Positions 25,700 through 39,400 of a stretch of 64,000 nt of DNA are shown piece after piece. This DNA comes from Takakia lepidozioides (Eukaryota; Plantae; Bryophyta): assembly GCA_030704615.1 (NCBI GenBank), contig CM060733.1, positions 42,284,001-42,348,000 of the forward strand, written 5' to 3'. Position 1 is the stretch's first letter, and every line of letters starts with the position of its first letter. The notes beneath the pieces were generated by a model, which was not told the DNA's origin, did no database searches, and was given only the letters and a program-made list of their open reading frames with translations. The translations under genes and the position numbers were made by a program.

Positions 25700-28030
25700 G
25701 TATTCATAGGTGCTAAGGAATAATTGCTTCTGATTTTTTAATATTAAGGTCTTCAACGCGCCAATTGGCCCTGCCTGTACGCCCCATGGGGCCACGTCAT
25801 AAGTCGGGTGCCTTACCAAGGGTCCACTGGATAGTCGCTCCAGGAACCAGCCCGCTAGAGGATCCAGTGTATAAGTTAGTCCACTCTGCAAGCCCAAGGC
25901 TGGAGTGGCCTGGACGGTTCAATCAGTAGGTCCACTATGGTACACAAGAGGAGGACAGGCCCACTGTGACATAGAAGAAATAAGGACTTTCAGAAAATTT
26001 TGCCATAAAAGAATGAGTTCACAATATATCTTATAATTAACAAGTTATACCCCTGGCACCTAGTAGGGATTGATACAAGTCCTTGAAGGTTTTTTGTTTT
26101 TTTTTTCAGAGAAAAGGGGACAGAGGCCCTTTTAGTCAAATGAATTAAAAAGATGTCACATAGGTGGAAAAAATAACCACCAAGAAGGCCGTGAAGGCTT
26201 ATTGAGGGGGAAGATTCCCGTGACCCTAGCCAACTTGCTAACAAGAGAGAAGGAGGGAGTGAATAGTGGTGAAGCAGAGATTGCAAGAGAGATAAGGAGA
26301 GGTGCTATGCAAAGGTAGAAACTAAGAGTACTAAGAAAGATCTATGCAAGAGTGTAAGATACTAAGCGGTCCCGAAAAAAGGTAAGTGAGGAGAGGCAAA
26401 GCTGCATTTAGAATAACAGTCCGAAGGTCATCTGAAGATGAAGAGCGCAGCTCGGAGGTAGTGAGCCGAGAAGGTAAGGAGCTGGAGAAGAGTTGCAGTG
26501 ACATTGTCAAGACAGGTGCAGTATTCAAAACTTGAGCTGAGTTCTAAATTTGGGGCCTCGACTTTTCTTATATCTCCCGTTGAAATCTGCTTCGTCTCCA
26601 TCACCAGGGGACCTCCCATTGAGGGGGGATGGATTGATGCCAGGTAAAGCGCATGTTGGGAAGACTGGAGCTGAGCAAGTCGCCTTTGCCCCAAGACTTA
26701 ACGAAATCTTGAAGTAAGTTTCCCTCGTTCCTCCGAAGTTCTGGGAAGAGCTACACCAACAGTGTCCCATGCTTTTCGCCCCTCAGTTAACAGATCATAA
26801 TAAATATGAAACAAGATTGATATGCCCCTGGGGGGTTTTCCTCATAAACCCAATTACATTTGGCTCTCCATAGATTCCACAGAGTGTGGGCTCTAAGAGT
26901 AGCAGCCCAAACTGGGCAAGCACTCATTGGCAGACCAGGCAGGAAGTTCAAAAGCTGGAGAGATGGAGGGGAAGGAGTTGGGAATGAAGCCCAGTGAGAA
27001 TATAATGAGAGAACCAGCCTCCATATCATGCTAGATAGATTGCAGAACAACAAAGTGTTCTATGGATTCCGTTTATGCAAGGGAGTACAGGTAGGGTTAT
27101 TCTCGTGTGTTCGTTGTCTGACTGGAATGATTCTATGTGTGAGCTTCCAAAGGAAGCCTGATATCTTTGCAGGCCTATACTTTCTCCACACAGCTTTCCA
27201 AATTTTGTCCCAGATTCGTTGGACGAATTGGATGTTGGCCCACTTAGCTGACCATTTGCCTGCAAAAGAGCGGGGTAGGTTGGCAAGGGAGTACCCTTTT
27301 TTCACCGAGTATCCGAAGAATGGGGTCTTCTTCTTATCCATTCACTTCCACTCACCTGGGTCAAACTGTAGATCTTCCAAAGGACACATGAGGAACCAGG
27401 TGAAGGTTTCATGACGGGCCCATTGAGCTTCGGGGTTGGCGTTTCCTTTGCCATCAAGCACTCTTATGTGGAATAAGATTGTTTTATCCACCTCTACCAT
27501 TCCTGTATATGCAAGGTCACCTTCACAATCCGTGTGAAACCCCAGTCCAAATGCCATGGATCCATGAGTTTCTATGACAAGAATCATTGATTTGTCATTG
27601 CCCTGGATGTAAGCCATCTAGGCAGGGGCCGCCCAATTCCGACCTTCCTCACCCAGTAACGGAGTCATGTATTGTGGGATATTGGCAAGAAGAGTGCCGC
27701 AGGCCTTGGGTCTCCTTCTACCGAAGGTTCCTGATATGGCCTTTTCTATAAGGAAATTTTCTCCAGAGCGCATGGCTGCAATGTAGGTGAAACCCCGCCC
27801 CTCCCAAAATGTCCACCGGGGGGTTTGCGCGAGTAAAATACCAAGAATCAGTGTTGTAGTTCGCAAACAGGATTTGCCGAAGACATTCCTGCCGCCAAAT
27901 GAAATTGCGCGTGAGGGCTTTAATCTCCTTGAGCATAGTTGGTCTGGGTTCCAAACAATAGCGAAGAACCATAATGAGGCCTGCAGAATCTGGTTTGCGA
28001 CTAGGGCCCTCCCTACAATTGAAAGCATTT
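25700..28030 (-). mobile_element. LINE 3' portion (post-RT and zf-RVT region), degenerate
   Basis: LSIVGRALVANQILQASLWF, IWDKIWK...FLWKLTHRIIP...C and TLWNLWRAKCNWVYE. The left boundary is approximate. Confidence 0.75.
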
Positions 28031-28039
28031 AATGTTATA

Positions 28040-29283
28040 CTAGTGCTTTGCGTTGCTCCGCACTACTAGCGACGAATTCTAAGTACTACGTTCAATTTCA
28101 CAAAAAAAGGTGGGTCATCCCGATGGTGTTACATACATACATCCCGTATTTCATTGTTTTTCGCAAGAAAAGTGGTAAACATTTCAATGCCAAATGTATC
28201 AGCTGTCTCAGTGGCTTGGAGTCTGTCGTATATTTGCTTCCTTTGTTTGATGAGAGGTAGGGCCACTCGAGGATGTTGGGAGCGTCGTACGCTAAATGAA
28301 GTTTTCCAGAAATCTCATGAAGTTTTTTGGAGCAAGTTTGCCACCTCATGAGCTATAAATGATCTTGAAGAAAGAGTGAAAATTATTATCATATGCAAAA
28401 GTTAGAGGGATCCACCTGAACCTGGTAAGTAGTGAAGGGTTAACTAGATATGTACTTTTGTATTATACCAATATAATCCACTTACTTTATTGTTGGCTCC
28501 TCCCTCAAGAGGAGACCACGCATCAGCTTGAGGGAGGATCCTGATGTATCTACACCAGATAATACCTTCACTACATAATACCTACGCCAAGAACACCTAC
28601 ATTAGAAAATGCCCAAATTTAGATATATCTACATCCAAATTTGGAAGATGTGCCTCCACTAGTTAATACAATATGTGTCATCCAGATGATTTTGGGGTCA
28701 AATCCCCCTACATTTGTATAAATAAGCATTAATTACATAAAAACCATCCGTGGAACAAAAGTTATGATATATAGACTCTAGTATTGAATGATGCTTAATA
28801 ATTGGCATGGACGATGTGAGATCGAACCTTTGCATGCCCCAAGAAGTTTATTCGCTTTTGCTGAATTTCAATATTAGTTTCATGAAAAAAAAAACTAGGG
28901 CTTCACGTTGCTCTGCACTACTAGCGACGAATTCTGAGAACTATGTTGAATTTGCACAAAAAGGGGGTGGTGTTACATACATAGATCCCGGATTTCATTG
29001 TTTTTTGCAAGAAACTGCCAGATGTATCAACTGTCTCTTGAAGTCGGTGGCTTGAAGTCTATTGCATACTTGCTTCCCTTGTTTGATGAGAGGCATGGCC
29101 CACTCAAGGATGCTATACCCCAAATGAAGTTTTCCAGAAATCTCATGGAGTGTTTTGGAGCAAAGAGTGAAAATTATTGTCATATGCAAAAGTTAGTGGG
29201 ATACATCTGAACCCTGATAAGCAGTGAAGGGTTAACTGGATATGTACTTTCATATTATACCAATATAATCCACTTATTTTATT
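28040..29283 (-). mobile_element. Two tandem copies (28040-28490 and 28895-29283) of a non-autonomous Helitron-like 3' end
   Basis: Direct repeats of about 400 bp. On the minus strand each ends with a CGTCGCT...AGCAACG hairpin followed after a short spacer by CTAG. Confidence 0.55.
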
Positions 29284-30125
29284 TTACTCTACAAAATGTT
29301 TTATGCTAAATACACTAAAGAGTTATATCAAAAATTCTTACGCAGTCCAAGTGAGGCCTTGCGATGGCATGGCACTGACTTTGTCATTTGCCTCCATGAC
29401 TGGCCAGCCACAATTCTTGGTGTTCAATGTCTAGAAATTTTCAGGTTTATTATGGATGAAAGTAGATTTCACTCTTTACAAAGAGGAGCCGTTAGCGCAT
29501 AGCCATTGGTTGTGATACATGTAATTATACTACTCTATTTTTCATCGCCCATTAAAAACAGTTTAGATTATTAATTTAAAGATATAGTATAGATATATGA
29601 ATTTATTCTCCATAAAGCGGAAAAGTTTGTTAAAAAAGAGAGGAAAAAGTTCAATCCATGAGGCAGTTACACACTGAAACCTACCAACACAGTGTTGATT
29701 AGCCTCTCAGTTAGTTGACCGTTTTATCAGTTTGTATAGAATATGGGAGAAACCTATTCTCACACTTTGAGCCTCTCAAGTGAAGTCACAAATTGAAGTC
29801 TCAGGAACAACAAAACAGCATGTTAGAGCAGTGTTGCAAGATCTATATAATGTTGTTGGAGTCACACATGGAGAGAGTCAGTTGGTTCCCTTAGATGAAG
29901 CAGGCATGATATGCTAGTTGCTCATTACCATATCACAAGCCTGTGCTTGATATGCACCTAAGTAGGTCAGCAGGGTTTGTTACAGCCCAGCTAGAGTAAC
30001 CTCTCCACTGGTGGCTGCATTGTGGCTCTATACAATTACTATCTATTATGAGAATGCCACCACTAACCTTGAGAGTTGCCAATGATTCAGACTATACGCT
30101 GGCAATCAGATACTATAAGTAGCAT

Positions 30126-30430
30126 TTAACATACCCAAAAGTGTCCATCAATGCGATGATACATAGCCATGAACTCTGCAGGCACCAAGCATGGCCCTCC
30201 ACACCCCAACATCTGGTTGGATGGGCATTTTAGTGATGAGGTCCTCTGCCTCATCCAATCTACACAGCTAAAAAGGTCTACCATGCAGCCAAAATGCTCA
30301 ACTATAGGCGTGAGGCCATGAGCTTCAGTCATGGAATCAAAGTAGTGATGGCCTTCAAGACCCCCAAAGCTACATGCACACAGAAGAGATACAAAGGTGA
30401 TACTATTCTGCTCAATCTGAAGCAGCACCA
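30126..30430 (-). pseudogene. PPR L2/S2/E fragment
   Basis: SITFVSLLCACS...[26 protein letters not shown], with frameshifts. Confidence 0.85.
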
Positions 30431-30799
30431 CAAGCAACATACAAACATGTCCAAATAAAAGATGCTGAACAAACTTGTGCACAAGGCTGCCCCTCTAATC
30501 AAGGTCATTGCGAATCATTTTCACTTTCATCGTCAAGCTCTGGAGAAGATCCACCACCCACACCATAAACATGACAGCACTCTGATTTCCTTCCACTATC
30601 ACCAAAGACAGTCAAAATCCCCCCCTTCACTAACTACCTGTAGACCCCGCTACTGTTTCCTGTGGATCTATGGTACGGAAATGCCCTCAACAGTACATCA
30701 TGGCCAATATTCTCAGGAAATGGTGGACGAACTGAGTAGCTAGACAGATCAAAGAATGAAGCAAGACATCCGCGCCATTCCAACAAACAAGACAACGTT

Positions 30800-31760
30800 T
30801 CACCAGTAATCCCCACAAGAACAAACCCCATCTTTAAAGTGGTGAAAGTGGTTAGCGTCCCATACAACAATTGCTCGGCCAACAATCTTTGAGATGAACT
30901 TGGTGGAGGTGTGGCAGTCACCACACACCCGAAGATTCTTGATGAGACGGAGAGGCGTCCTAGGGGCTATGCTTATCAGCCCAAAACCAATGGCCAGCTT
31001 CACTGTGGTAGCAAAGAGAAGCTTCCTTTTGCTCCACGTAATACAAAGCGTGTGTCAGGCACATACCCTGCCTCTTTCATCTGCCCAGACAATCTTCTCA
31101 GCTTAGCATGGATTTCCTCAATTTGTCATCTACAACAAAGGTGTGCACCCTATTCCCAACCTCAATGCAGCAGCGACCTGGCTCCTCTTTAACCCCTCCG
31201 ACTTCATCATCTCACTCACCTTTGCGATTGCCATGGCTTCTGCAGGCACCAAGCAAGGCCATCCACACCACAGCATCTGGTTCCATTGGCATTTTATTAA
31301 TGAGGTCCTTTGCTTCATCCAATTGCCCGCACGTCCAGGAAGGTCCACCATGCAGCCAAAGTGCTTTACCGTCGGAGTCACACCATGATCTGGACTCAGG
31401 AATCGAAGTATCATCTTCCTTCATCCAGTAGGCCAGCATGGCTGCATGCAGAGAGAACACATAGAAAGGCGCTACTGTCTGGATTGAAGCCTTCATTTTG
31501 CATTCTTTCCAATAGTTGCAGGACCTCCCTATGACAACCATGCTGGGCATATCCTGCGATCATCACCCTCCACGACACCATACCTCGTTCAGCCATATTG
31601 TCATATACTCCCTTTGCATCCTCAATGCTGACATTTGGCATACATGTCCACCAGGGCAGTGTCCAAAATAACATCTGGTACAACTCCGGATTTGATGATG
31701 TCACCATGGACCTCTTTGCCATTTTCCAGGGCTGCCACGCATGCACAAGCACACCACAAG
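30800..31760 (-). pseudogene. PLS-DYW PPR pseudogene, 3' half
   Basis: [30 protein letters not shown]...[14 protein letters not shown]; P2/L2/S2/E motifs are split over several frames. Confidence 0.92.
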
Positions 31761-32335
31761 CACTGGGGTCAGAAAAGTATTCACTCCACAGCTTCTCCTA
31801 GTCTCTGTTACTTACAGCACGACTAGCAAAAGTTTAAACACCAATCAAGTGACTGATCGGCTGAGAAAGTGACAGAATGACATTCTGTTGCATGCAGGCT
31901 GTTGTAAAGTAGCACAGCATACCTACGGGCGCTTGCAGGGTCTACAGGCGCCAGATAGCTGGGTTCACAAACTGGAGGTGGCTGCATTGACAGTGCGAGG
32001 GAAAGCCGGAGGTGGGGAGGATACCGGAACACATGTTGACATGCCTGTGTGCTATGGTTGTTCCTCGCCACTCCCACTTCTCTCCTCAGCCAGTGAAGAT
32101 GCCTGCAGTGTTTGCTTCCAGCCAGTGTTCCAATCCTTTCTCACCATGAAAGTTCTCAGGTCCCCACTGATGGTAGGACGTGCCAGTGCTGCCTGAAGAC
32201 AATATGTTTTCTGCTCTTCACCTCTGTTCAACAACTTCCAAATCTCGAGGCTGAGCCTACCTTGATATAAACAATTAGGTGCCCATACATCAGGTATTGA
32301 CAATCTACCTTTTCTTTCTGCATCTTGAAACAAGT

Positions 32336-32630
32336 TCAGGGAAGTTCTATGCCCCACGTCCCTGCAAGCATACCCTGCAAGCATCGCGCTCCACGACACC
32401 ACATCTCGTTCGGCCATGTTGTTGAAAACTGCCTTTGCATCCTTGAACCCACATTTGGCCTACATGTCCACCAGGCAGTGTTCAGAATGACACCTGTTAC
32501 AATTCCAGTTTTGATGATGTCACCATGGACCTCTTTCCCCTTTTCCAGGACTCCCAGGCTTGCACACGCATTGCAAACACAAACTGATTCTATCAACTGT
32601 GCCGCTGCAACTGCTGCCTTCAGTTGACCA
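32336..32630 (-). pseudogene. Internally deleted PPR fragment
   Basis: NACASLGVLEKGKEVHGDIIK and AERDVVSWSAMLAGY. Its leader is duplicated at 34377-34420. Confidence 0.8.
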
Positions 32631-33069
32631 TCTTCGCCCCTTCGCACATCATTTGCTCAAATGACACCAAGATAGCGAAGACAGACAACACACTAAACCA
32701 GGGACATATACATGAAAACAGGGAACAGTGAGGGTCTGCATTGTGTCCGTCGCGCTAACTAGTCATGAATGCTCATGATGCTCAACATCTGGAAGCTGTT
32801 GAGTGTAATGTACATGATCAAAACTTAAGACAAAGAGAGCTCTACACATCTGAGATTGAAAATCTTTCTTCAGGAAGTTGCCAGGGTTTAAAGGATTACT
32901 TAGGTGCACCCTACTTTATAATTTGGCGAGCTCTTCTTGAGTCAAATCAGTGTTCCCTTCCCAAAATTGTTCTACCTCCGAAGGTCGGAAGATGATAAGT
33001 TAAGAATTGATCGGCCGGGTGAAAGAAAGAAAGAGTCTTTTGAACAAGGTGAAGTGCGTCTCGTGCGCA

Positions 33070-34420
33070 TATGGGTCTCCAAAGCCTCCATCCTGCACCC
33101 TTGCTGTGCATATCCTGCAATCATCGCACTCCACGACACCACATCTCGTTCAGCCATACTGTTGAACACTCCCTTTGCATCCTCGATGCACCCACATTTG
33201 ACATACATGTCCACCAGGGCAGTGTTCAGAATGACATCGGGTACAATTCCTTATTTGACAATGTCACCATGGACCTCTTTTCCAGGGCTGCCAGGCTTGT
33301 ACACGCATTGCAAATGCAAACAAATGTTATGTGGTTGGGCTTCACCCCTTCGCACATCATTTGCTCATAGGTCTCCAAAGCCTCTATCCCGCAGCCTTAC
33401 TGTGCATATCCTGCAATCATCGCACTCCACGACACCACATCTCATTCAGCCATATAGTCGAACACTCCCTTCATACATGTTCACAAGGGTATTGTTCAGA
33501 ATGACATTTGGTACAATTGCAGCTCTGACAATGTTGCCATGGACCTCTTTGCTCTTTTCCAGAGCTGCCAGGCTTGCATACGCTTTGCAAATGCCCACAA
33601 ATGTGATGTGGTCGGGTTTCACCCTTCCCCCATCATTTGATCATAGGTCTCCAAAGCCTCCATACCACGTCCATGTTGTGCATACCCTCCAAGCATCGCG
33701 TTCCATGACATCACATCTCATTCAGCCATAGTGTTGAGAACTCCCTTCGCATCCTTAATGCACCCACATTTGGCATACATGTCCACCAGGCAGTGTTCAG
33801 AATGACATCTGGTACAATTCCAGCTTTGATGATGTCACCATGGACCTCTTTCCCCTTTTCCAGAGCTCCCAGGCTTGCACACGCATTGCATACACAAACA
33901 AAAGTGATGTGGTTGGGCTTCACCCCTTCGTGCAGCATTTGCTCATAGGTCTCCAAAGCATTCCTACCACACCCATGCTTGGTAAATCCTGCCAACATTT
34001 TATTCCACGTAATCAAAGATCGTAGAGGCATTCTATTGAACACTTGGTGAGCATCCATGATGCTCCCATGCTTAACATACATGTTGACAAGGGTGTTGAG
34101 TAGAAAAACATTTGGCGTGAATCCACTTTGGATAATGTGAGTGTGCACCTGTTTTCCAGCTTCCAGACCTTCCATCTTGATGCACTTAAGCAAGAGACAG
34201 ACATACACATCTGAATCTGCTGAAATGCCTCTTTGGTTTAAAGTCTGTAGAGCCTCTGTCAGTCTGCATGCGGCACAAAGCATCTTCACATGCCCAAAAG
34301 TGCCAGAAGAGGCATTGTGGACTCTTTGTCTTGATCTTCTTTCAGAAACTGTGGTCATAGTTGAGGTGCCTGATTTTATCAACTGTGCCACTGCAGTTGC
34401 TGCCTTTAGTTGACCATCTA
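33070..34420 (-). pseudogene. PLS PPR pseudogene, 5' half with N-terminal leader
   Basis: VYVCLLLKCIKMEGLEAGKQVHTHII, LLNTLVNMYVKHG and repeated P-L-S motifs with frameshifts. Confidence 0.88.
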
Positions 34421-34611
34421 CTCATGCAGGTTTCTTGTAGCTATTGATCCACCGAGAATCATAGGTAATCTGGAGCTTGAAATCCAGCCCTCTTGGATGA
34501 ATCTGGACCTCGATCCATGGTCCTTCAGCTATCCCTGCCTGTGGACAGATCATGAATACATCCTTAGCCTTGCTGCTAGCAGCTGACACTGACGACGTGA
34601 AGTTCTTCCAG

Positions 34612-35910
34612 CAAACACACCAACCCTATTAATTACAATAGTTCCAATTCTGAATTGCATCTGCTTCTCTCTGTAGTCGAAAAGGCATTCACCTTTTTGT
34701 CTCCATTGTCCCACCATTGACTGGGGTCAGAAAGTGTTCATTCCAAAGCTTCTCCTCATCTCTGTTATCTATTTTTGGATACTTTCCTGCTGCCACATCG
34801 GCAGTAACTTGTCAAAGTCACAAATATCCACCCAAAAAACTAACTTACAGAATTCAATATGCATCTCAGCGCCGAGTCTGATGAGAGGGAAAAACAGGCT
34901 GAAATAGGTCAAAGAAGAAGGTGCCTCACCACATTGTCCTTGACCTTGTGTCATAACTCATAGAGAATTTGACCGACCATCAACCCAAAAAGACCTCTTG
35001 AGTGTGCTGCTTGTGTCTGTAGTCAGGTAATGTCGGATTGGTCTGTGAAAACCACCACGGTGCAGCTGAGCAGGCAGAGATTGAAATACGGCCTGCTAAC
35101 CTTGTAAACATCAGGAAGAATACCAAATCATGGTACTAACAGGAGCCAAGAGCCCACATTTGCAGGATGGACAAACTTCTTCACATCGTACATTAAGAAA
35201 AGCCACACCTTGCGATTGCAGTTGTCAACAAACACCCCAACCCCACTTATTACGTACAGAGTTCCAATTCTGAATTGCATCTGCTTCTATCTGTAGTCCA
35301 ACGGACATTCACCTTTTTGTCTCCATTGTCCCAGCTTCTCCTCATCTCTGTTATCTGTTTTTGGATACTTTCCTGCTGCCACATCGGCAGTAACTTGTCA
35401 AAGTCATTCCAAACGACCACAGATCCACCCTGCAATGAGCTAACTTACAGAATTCAATATGCATCTCAGGGCCGAGTCTGATGAGAGGGAAAAACAGGCT
35501 GAAATAGGTCGAAGAAGAAGGTGCCCTCACCACATTGTCCTTGACCTTGTGTCATGACCCATGGAGGATTTGACTGACCATCAACCCACAAGGACCTCTT
35601 ATATGTGTTGTTTGTGTCTGTAGTCAGGTAATGTCGGATTGGTCTGTGAGAACCACCACGGTGCAGCTGAGCAGGTGAAACACGGCTTGAGTCTGATGAG
35701 AAGGCAAAACAGGCTGAAATTGGTCGAAGAAGAAGGTGCCCTCACTACATTGCTTGAAACCCCTCCGCGCTCAAGGATGGCCGGTATGAGAACCACCACG
35801 GCGCAGCTGAGTAGACAGAGATTGAAACATGGCCTGAGTCTGATGAGAAGGCAAAACAGGCTGAAATAGGTCGAAGAAGAAGGTGCCCTCACCACATTGC
35901 TTGAAATCCC
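34612..35910. repeat. Local tandem duplication (about 34612-35095 vs 35229-35680) containing four copies of a ~65-bp unit
   Basis: gagtctgatgag...aaaacaggctgaaat(a/t)ggtc(g/a)aagaagaaggtgcc occurs at about 34874, 35474, 35689 and 35836. Confidence 0.85.
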
Positions 35911-36414
35911 TCCGCGCTGGCCGGTATCGTATCGTCATCCCTTCCTCGCGCTGCAAAGACATTTTCGGGCAGTCCGGGCAGGTCCGACGAAAATTGACGA
36001 CGACGAAACGTGGCGACGATGACGAGGCATTATGGCACCCTATATCTACTCTACACTACACTAAACTAGCTTCAGACCTTCGGTCGTCCTTAGAATTAGT
36101 GGAACAAAACTTATAATATATAGATGTTTGTTATTGAATGATTGGCACTGATTTGATGACCAGTATAAAGCATTGATTGTGGGTGGTAAAGATTATGGAA
36201 TCAAACCTTTGCATGCCCTAAAATTTGTTCGTTTTTACAGAAATTAGGGAAAAAAAACATAAGTACCATACAGGAAAACACAATTTGAAATTAGTGGAAC
36301 AAATATTTTAGGTCTTTCATTTTAGGTCATTTTTTTTGGGTCATTCATTTTCTGGTCTTTCATTTATGTCATATTTATTTGATTTTGCATAAATTAAAAG
36401 ACTTCTCTTTATCA

Positions 36415-39400
36415 ATGAAGCTTCTCGAGATACTTCCCTTGGCTGGGGAAGCTTCTTAGGAAACTTCCTAGTAGCCAGTATATATAGGAGGCGAGACTGA
36501 ACACTCTTCAGTCTCGCCAATATAAGTTCAAGCTACTCATGTTTCCTGTCCCAGTACTCCTGTCTAGCTTCCAGTACTCTAGTCCAGGTTTTAGTATCTG
36601 GTACTCCAGTCCAGTTTCCAACATTCTAGTATTCAAGTCGGGTTCCAGTATCTTGTACTCTTGTCTATTGTTATAAAGTTCATCTTGATTCTTCTTTACT
36701 CATCATGCATTCGGCCACGCGGACCTTGACTTCTTGTATAGTCTTGTACATCTAAGTCTGATATCTTGTTTGCGTTCAGTCATGCTCTCGTCCTTGACAG
36801 TTTGGCGAAACTAAAATTTGTTCTTTAGTTAGTTAAAATGGAAGGCACATTTACGAAAATGGTCGCCCCCTTGCAGAGTCTTCAGCTCCATATGCAAGAA
36901 CTTTATACCTCTACCGTCCAATTACATGCTGATCAGTCTCAAGAAATTGGCAATGTTCTCCACAATTTGCAACAACAAATTTCAGAGTTAAAGGAGTCGA
37001 AACATGGATCTTCAACCATACGAGTCTCTACTGCAACGGTTCATCTTCAACAGATTACAAGAGAACCCAAGGTCAGCATGCTCGAGAAATTTGATGGGAC
37101 AAGATCAAGATTTCGCGGTTTTGTTTAATAAGTATGATTGTTCCTACGACTACATCCACAATACTATCTCGATGAAGGTATTCAGGTGGGATTTGTGGGC
37201 ACCTTTCTATCAGGCACTGCCCTATCTTGGTTTGCACCGCTATTAGAAAAATTCGCATGTACTATACAATTTTGAAGCATTTATGTCCAGTTCACTGAAA
37301 CGTTTGGAAAAAATGATAGGGAGAGAGTTGCAAAGACCAATATGCGAAATCATCGATAATGAGCGCGTCCTGCTTCCGTTTATGCTGCTGAATTTCGACA
37401 ACTTGCATGCGACCTCGACTGGAATGAGAAAAGCTCATTAGTCAGTTTTGATGTGAACTAAAGGAGGATGTAAAAGATTTGTTGCTGACAATGTCAAACG
37501 TGAGTACCCTGAGCGAATTCATCACCCAAGTCGTTGCATGCGATAATTGTTTGTTCGAAAGACTTCAGGAGAAGCGATCTGGATGGTAAATGATGCACCA
37601 TGCCTCTACTATTATGACACCAAACACAACGATACATCAGACATCCGGTAGTGATCCTATGCAGATTGATGTTGTCCGATTCAAGCCATTGACGCCACAA
37701 GAAAAACAAAGACGACGCTCGGAGGGATTATGTCTCTATTGCGGAGAAGAAGATCATATAACATTAAACTGCCCCAACAAGACAAAAATTCAAGGCTTGG
37801 GGCGCAACTCAAATGTTCGATACGAGGAGGTCGGAAAACAAAGATGTCCAGTCACAGTAGGGACCATGCGGCTGGACACCACAAATTCTTCAAAAAAAAA
37901 AATCTTTTTTTACGTCCAGACCCCGCAACTTGCTTCACAGTTCCGATTAAAATCAGAGTACAAAATCAAGATATCTCTATAGAAGCACTTTTGGACTCAG
38001 GGGGCTTCAGCATGTTTTAATGACAAAAACTTTGCGAAACAACGCAATTTAACGCTCGTAAAGAAGAAATTCTCGGCCCCCGTTGAAGTCTTCGATGGAC
38101 GACCATTAGCATCAGAAATGTTGACCATGAAACTCAACCACTTGAAGTGAAGCTTAAAGATCAAGCATCACATATTGTTTTCAACATCATCCAGTCTCCA
38201 ACGAATCTTGTGATCATTGGACTTCCCTGGTTCGTATTTCACAATCCCGACATCAACTAACAATCGCGAAAAATTTCTGCAAGACAGAAATGTAGAAATA
38301 TCAAAGGTATTCAACCTCTGTTCCTTGGAGCTAAAACCTTTATGAGAGGTACCAAAAAAGATGCGACATTTGCACTTTATGCGACTTCGATCAAGACCAC
38401 AATAGACAAATATACTTCAACATTACCCACTCAATATCAAGATTTCAATGATGTCTTCGAGAAGAAAAATACAGACATATTGTCAGAACATCGACATTAT
38501 GATTGTGCAATTGAGTTACAAGAAGGAGCCCAACCACCATTCGGCCCAATCCATAACTTATCCCAGACAGAGTTGGCTGCATTACGCGAATACATTGATG
38601 AAAATTTGTTGAAGAATTTCATCCGACATACAAAATCACATGCGCCTATCTTATTTGTGAAAAAGAATGACGGATCATTATGCATGTGTGTAGACTATCG
38701 CGATCTCAACAAAGTCACAATTAATAATCGTTATCTGTTACCACTGATTTTTGGGCTTCTCGATCAGCTTGGATGAGCGAAGATGTAACTTACCAAAATT
38801 GACTTGAGATGAGCTTATAACCTTATACGGATAAAAGAAGGAGACGAATGGAAAATAGCTTTTCGAACAAGGTATGGACATTTTGAATACAGTGTTATGC
38901 CTTTCGGTCTTATAAATGCTCCAGCAATTTTCCAAGATATGATGAATGACATCTTTCGAGAATTTTTAGATGACTTTGTAATTATCTCTTTGAACAATAT
39001 TTTGATATTTTCGTAGAATGAAGAAGAACATGGCCGCCATGTACGCTTTGTCCTTGATAAATTAAGAGAAAGTGCGGTCAACCGTTGACCTGAGATGAGG
39101 CGGGGTCAACGGTAAACGCATATTTCAAATTTGGAATTTTTGAACCGCCAAAATTTTAATTTTAAAATTTGAATTTGAATTTTGAATTTTGAATCCGCAA
39201 CATTGTCAAGCAGGGTATAAGATAAGCCGTCAAAAATTCCAGTTGAAACGGATGTAAGAAAAACAAGTCAAAACGGGTGTAAAAAAAACCATGTAAAAAA
39301 AACCAGACAGACCAGACACCACGTTAAGGTGTAAATGGGTGTAAGATGGCTTTTTCGACACCACTGCCATTTTCTACAGGGGTGGCGGAATCAACACGGT

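Noticed and set aside
34874-35900. Four CTGATGAG...GAAA...GTC units resembling tandem hammerhead ribozymes or a CRISPR-like array
   Set aside because: Stems I and II cannot pair, spacing is irregular, the intervening sequences are themselves duplicated, and there are no cas genes.
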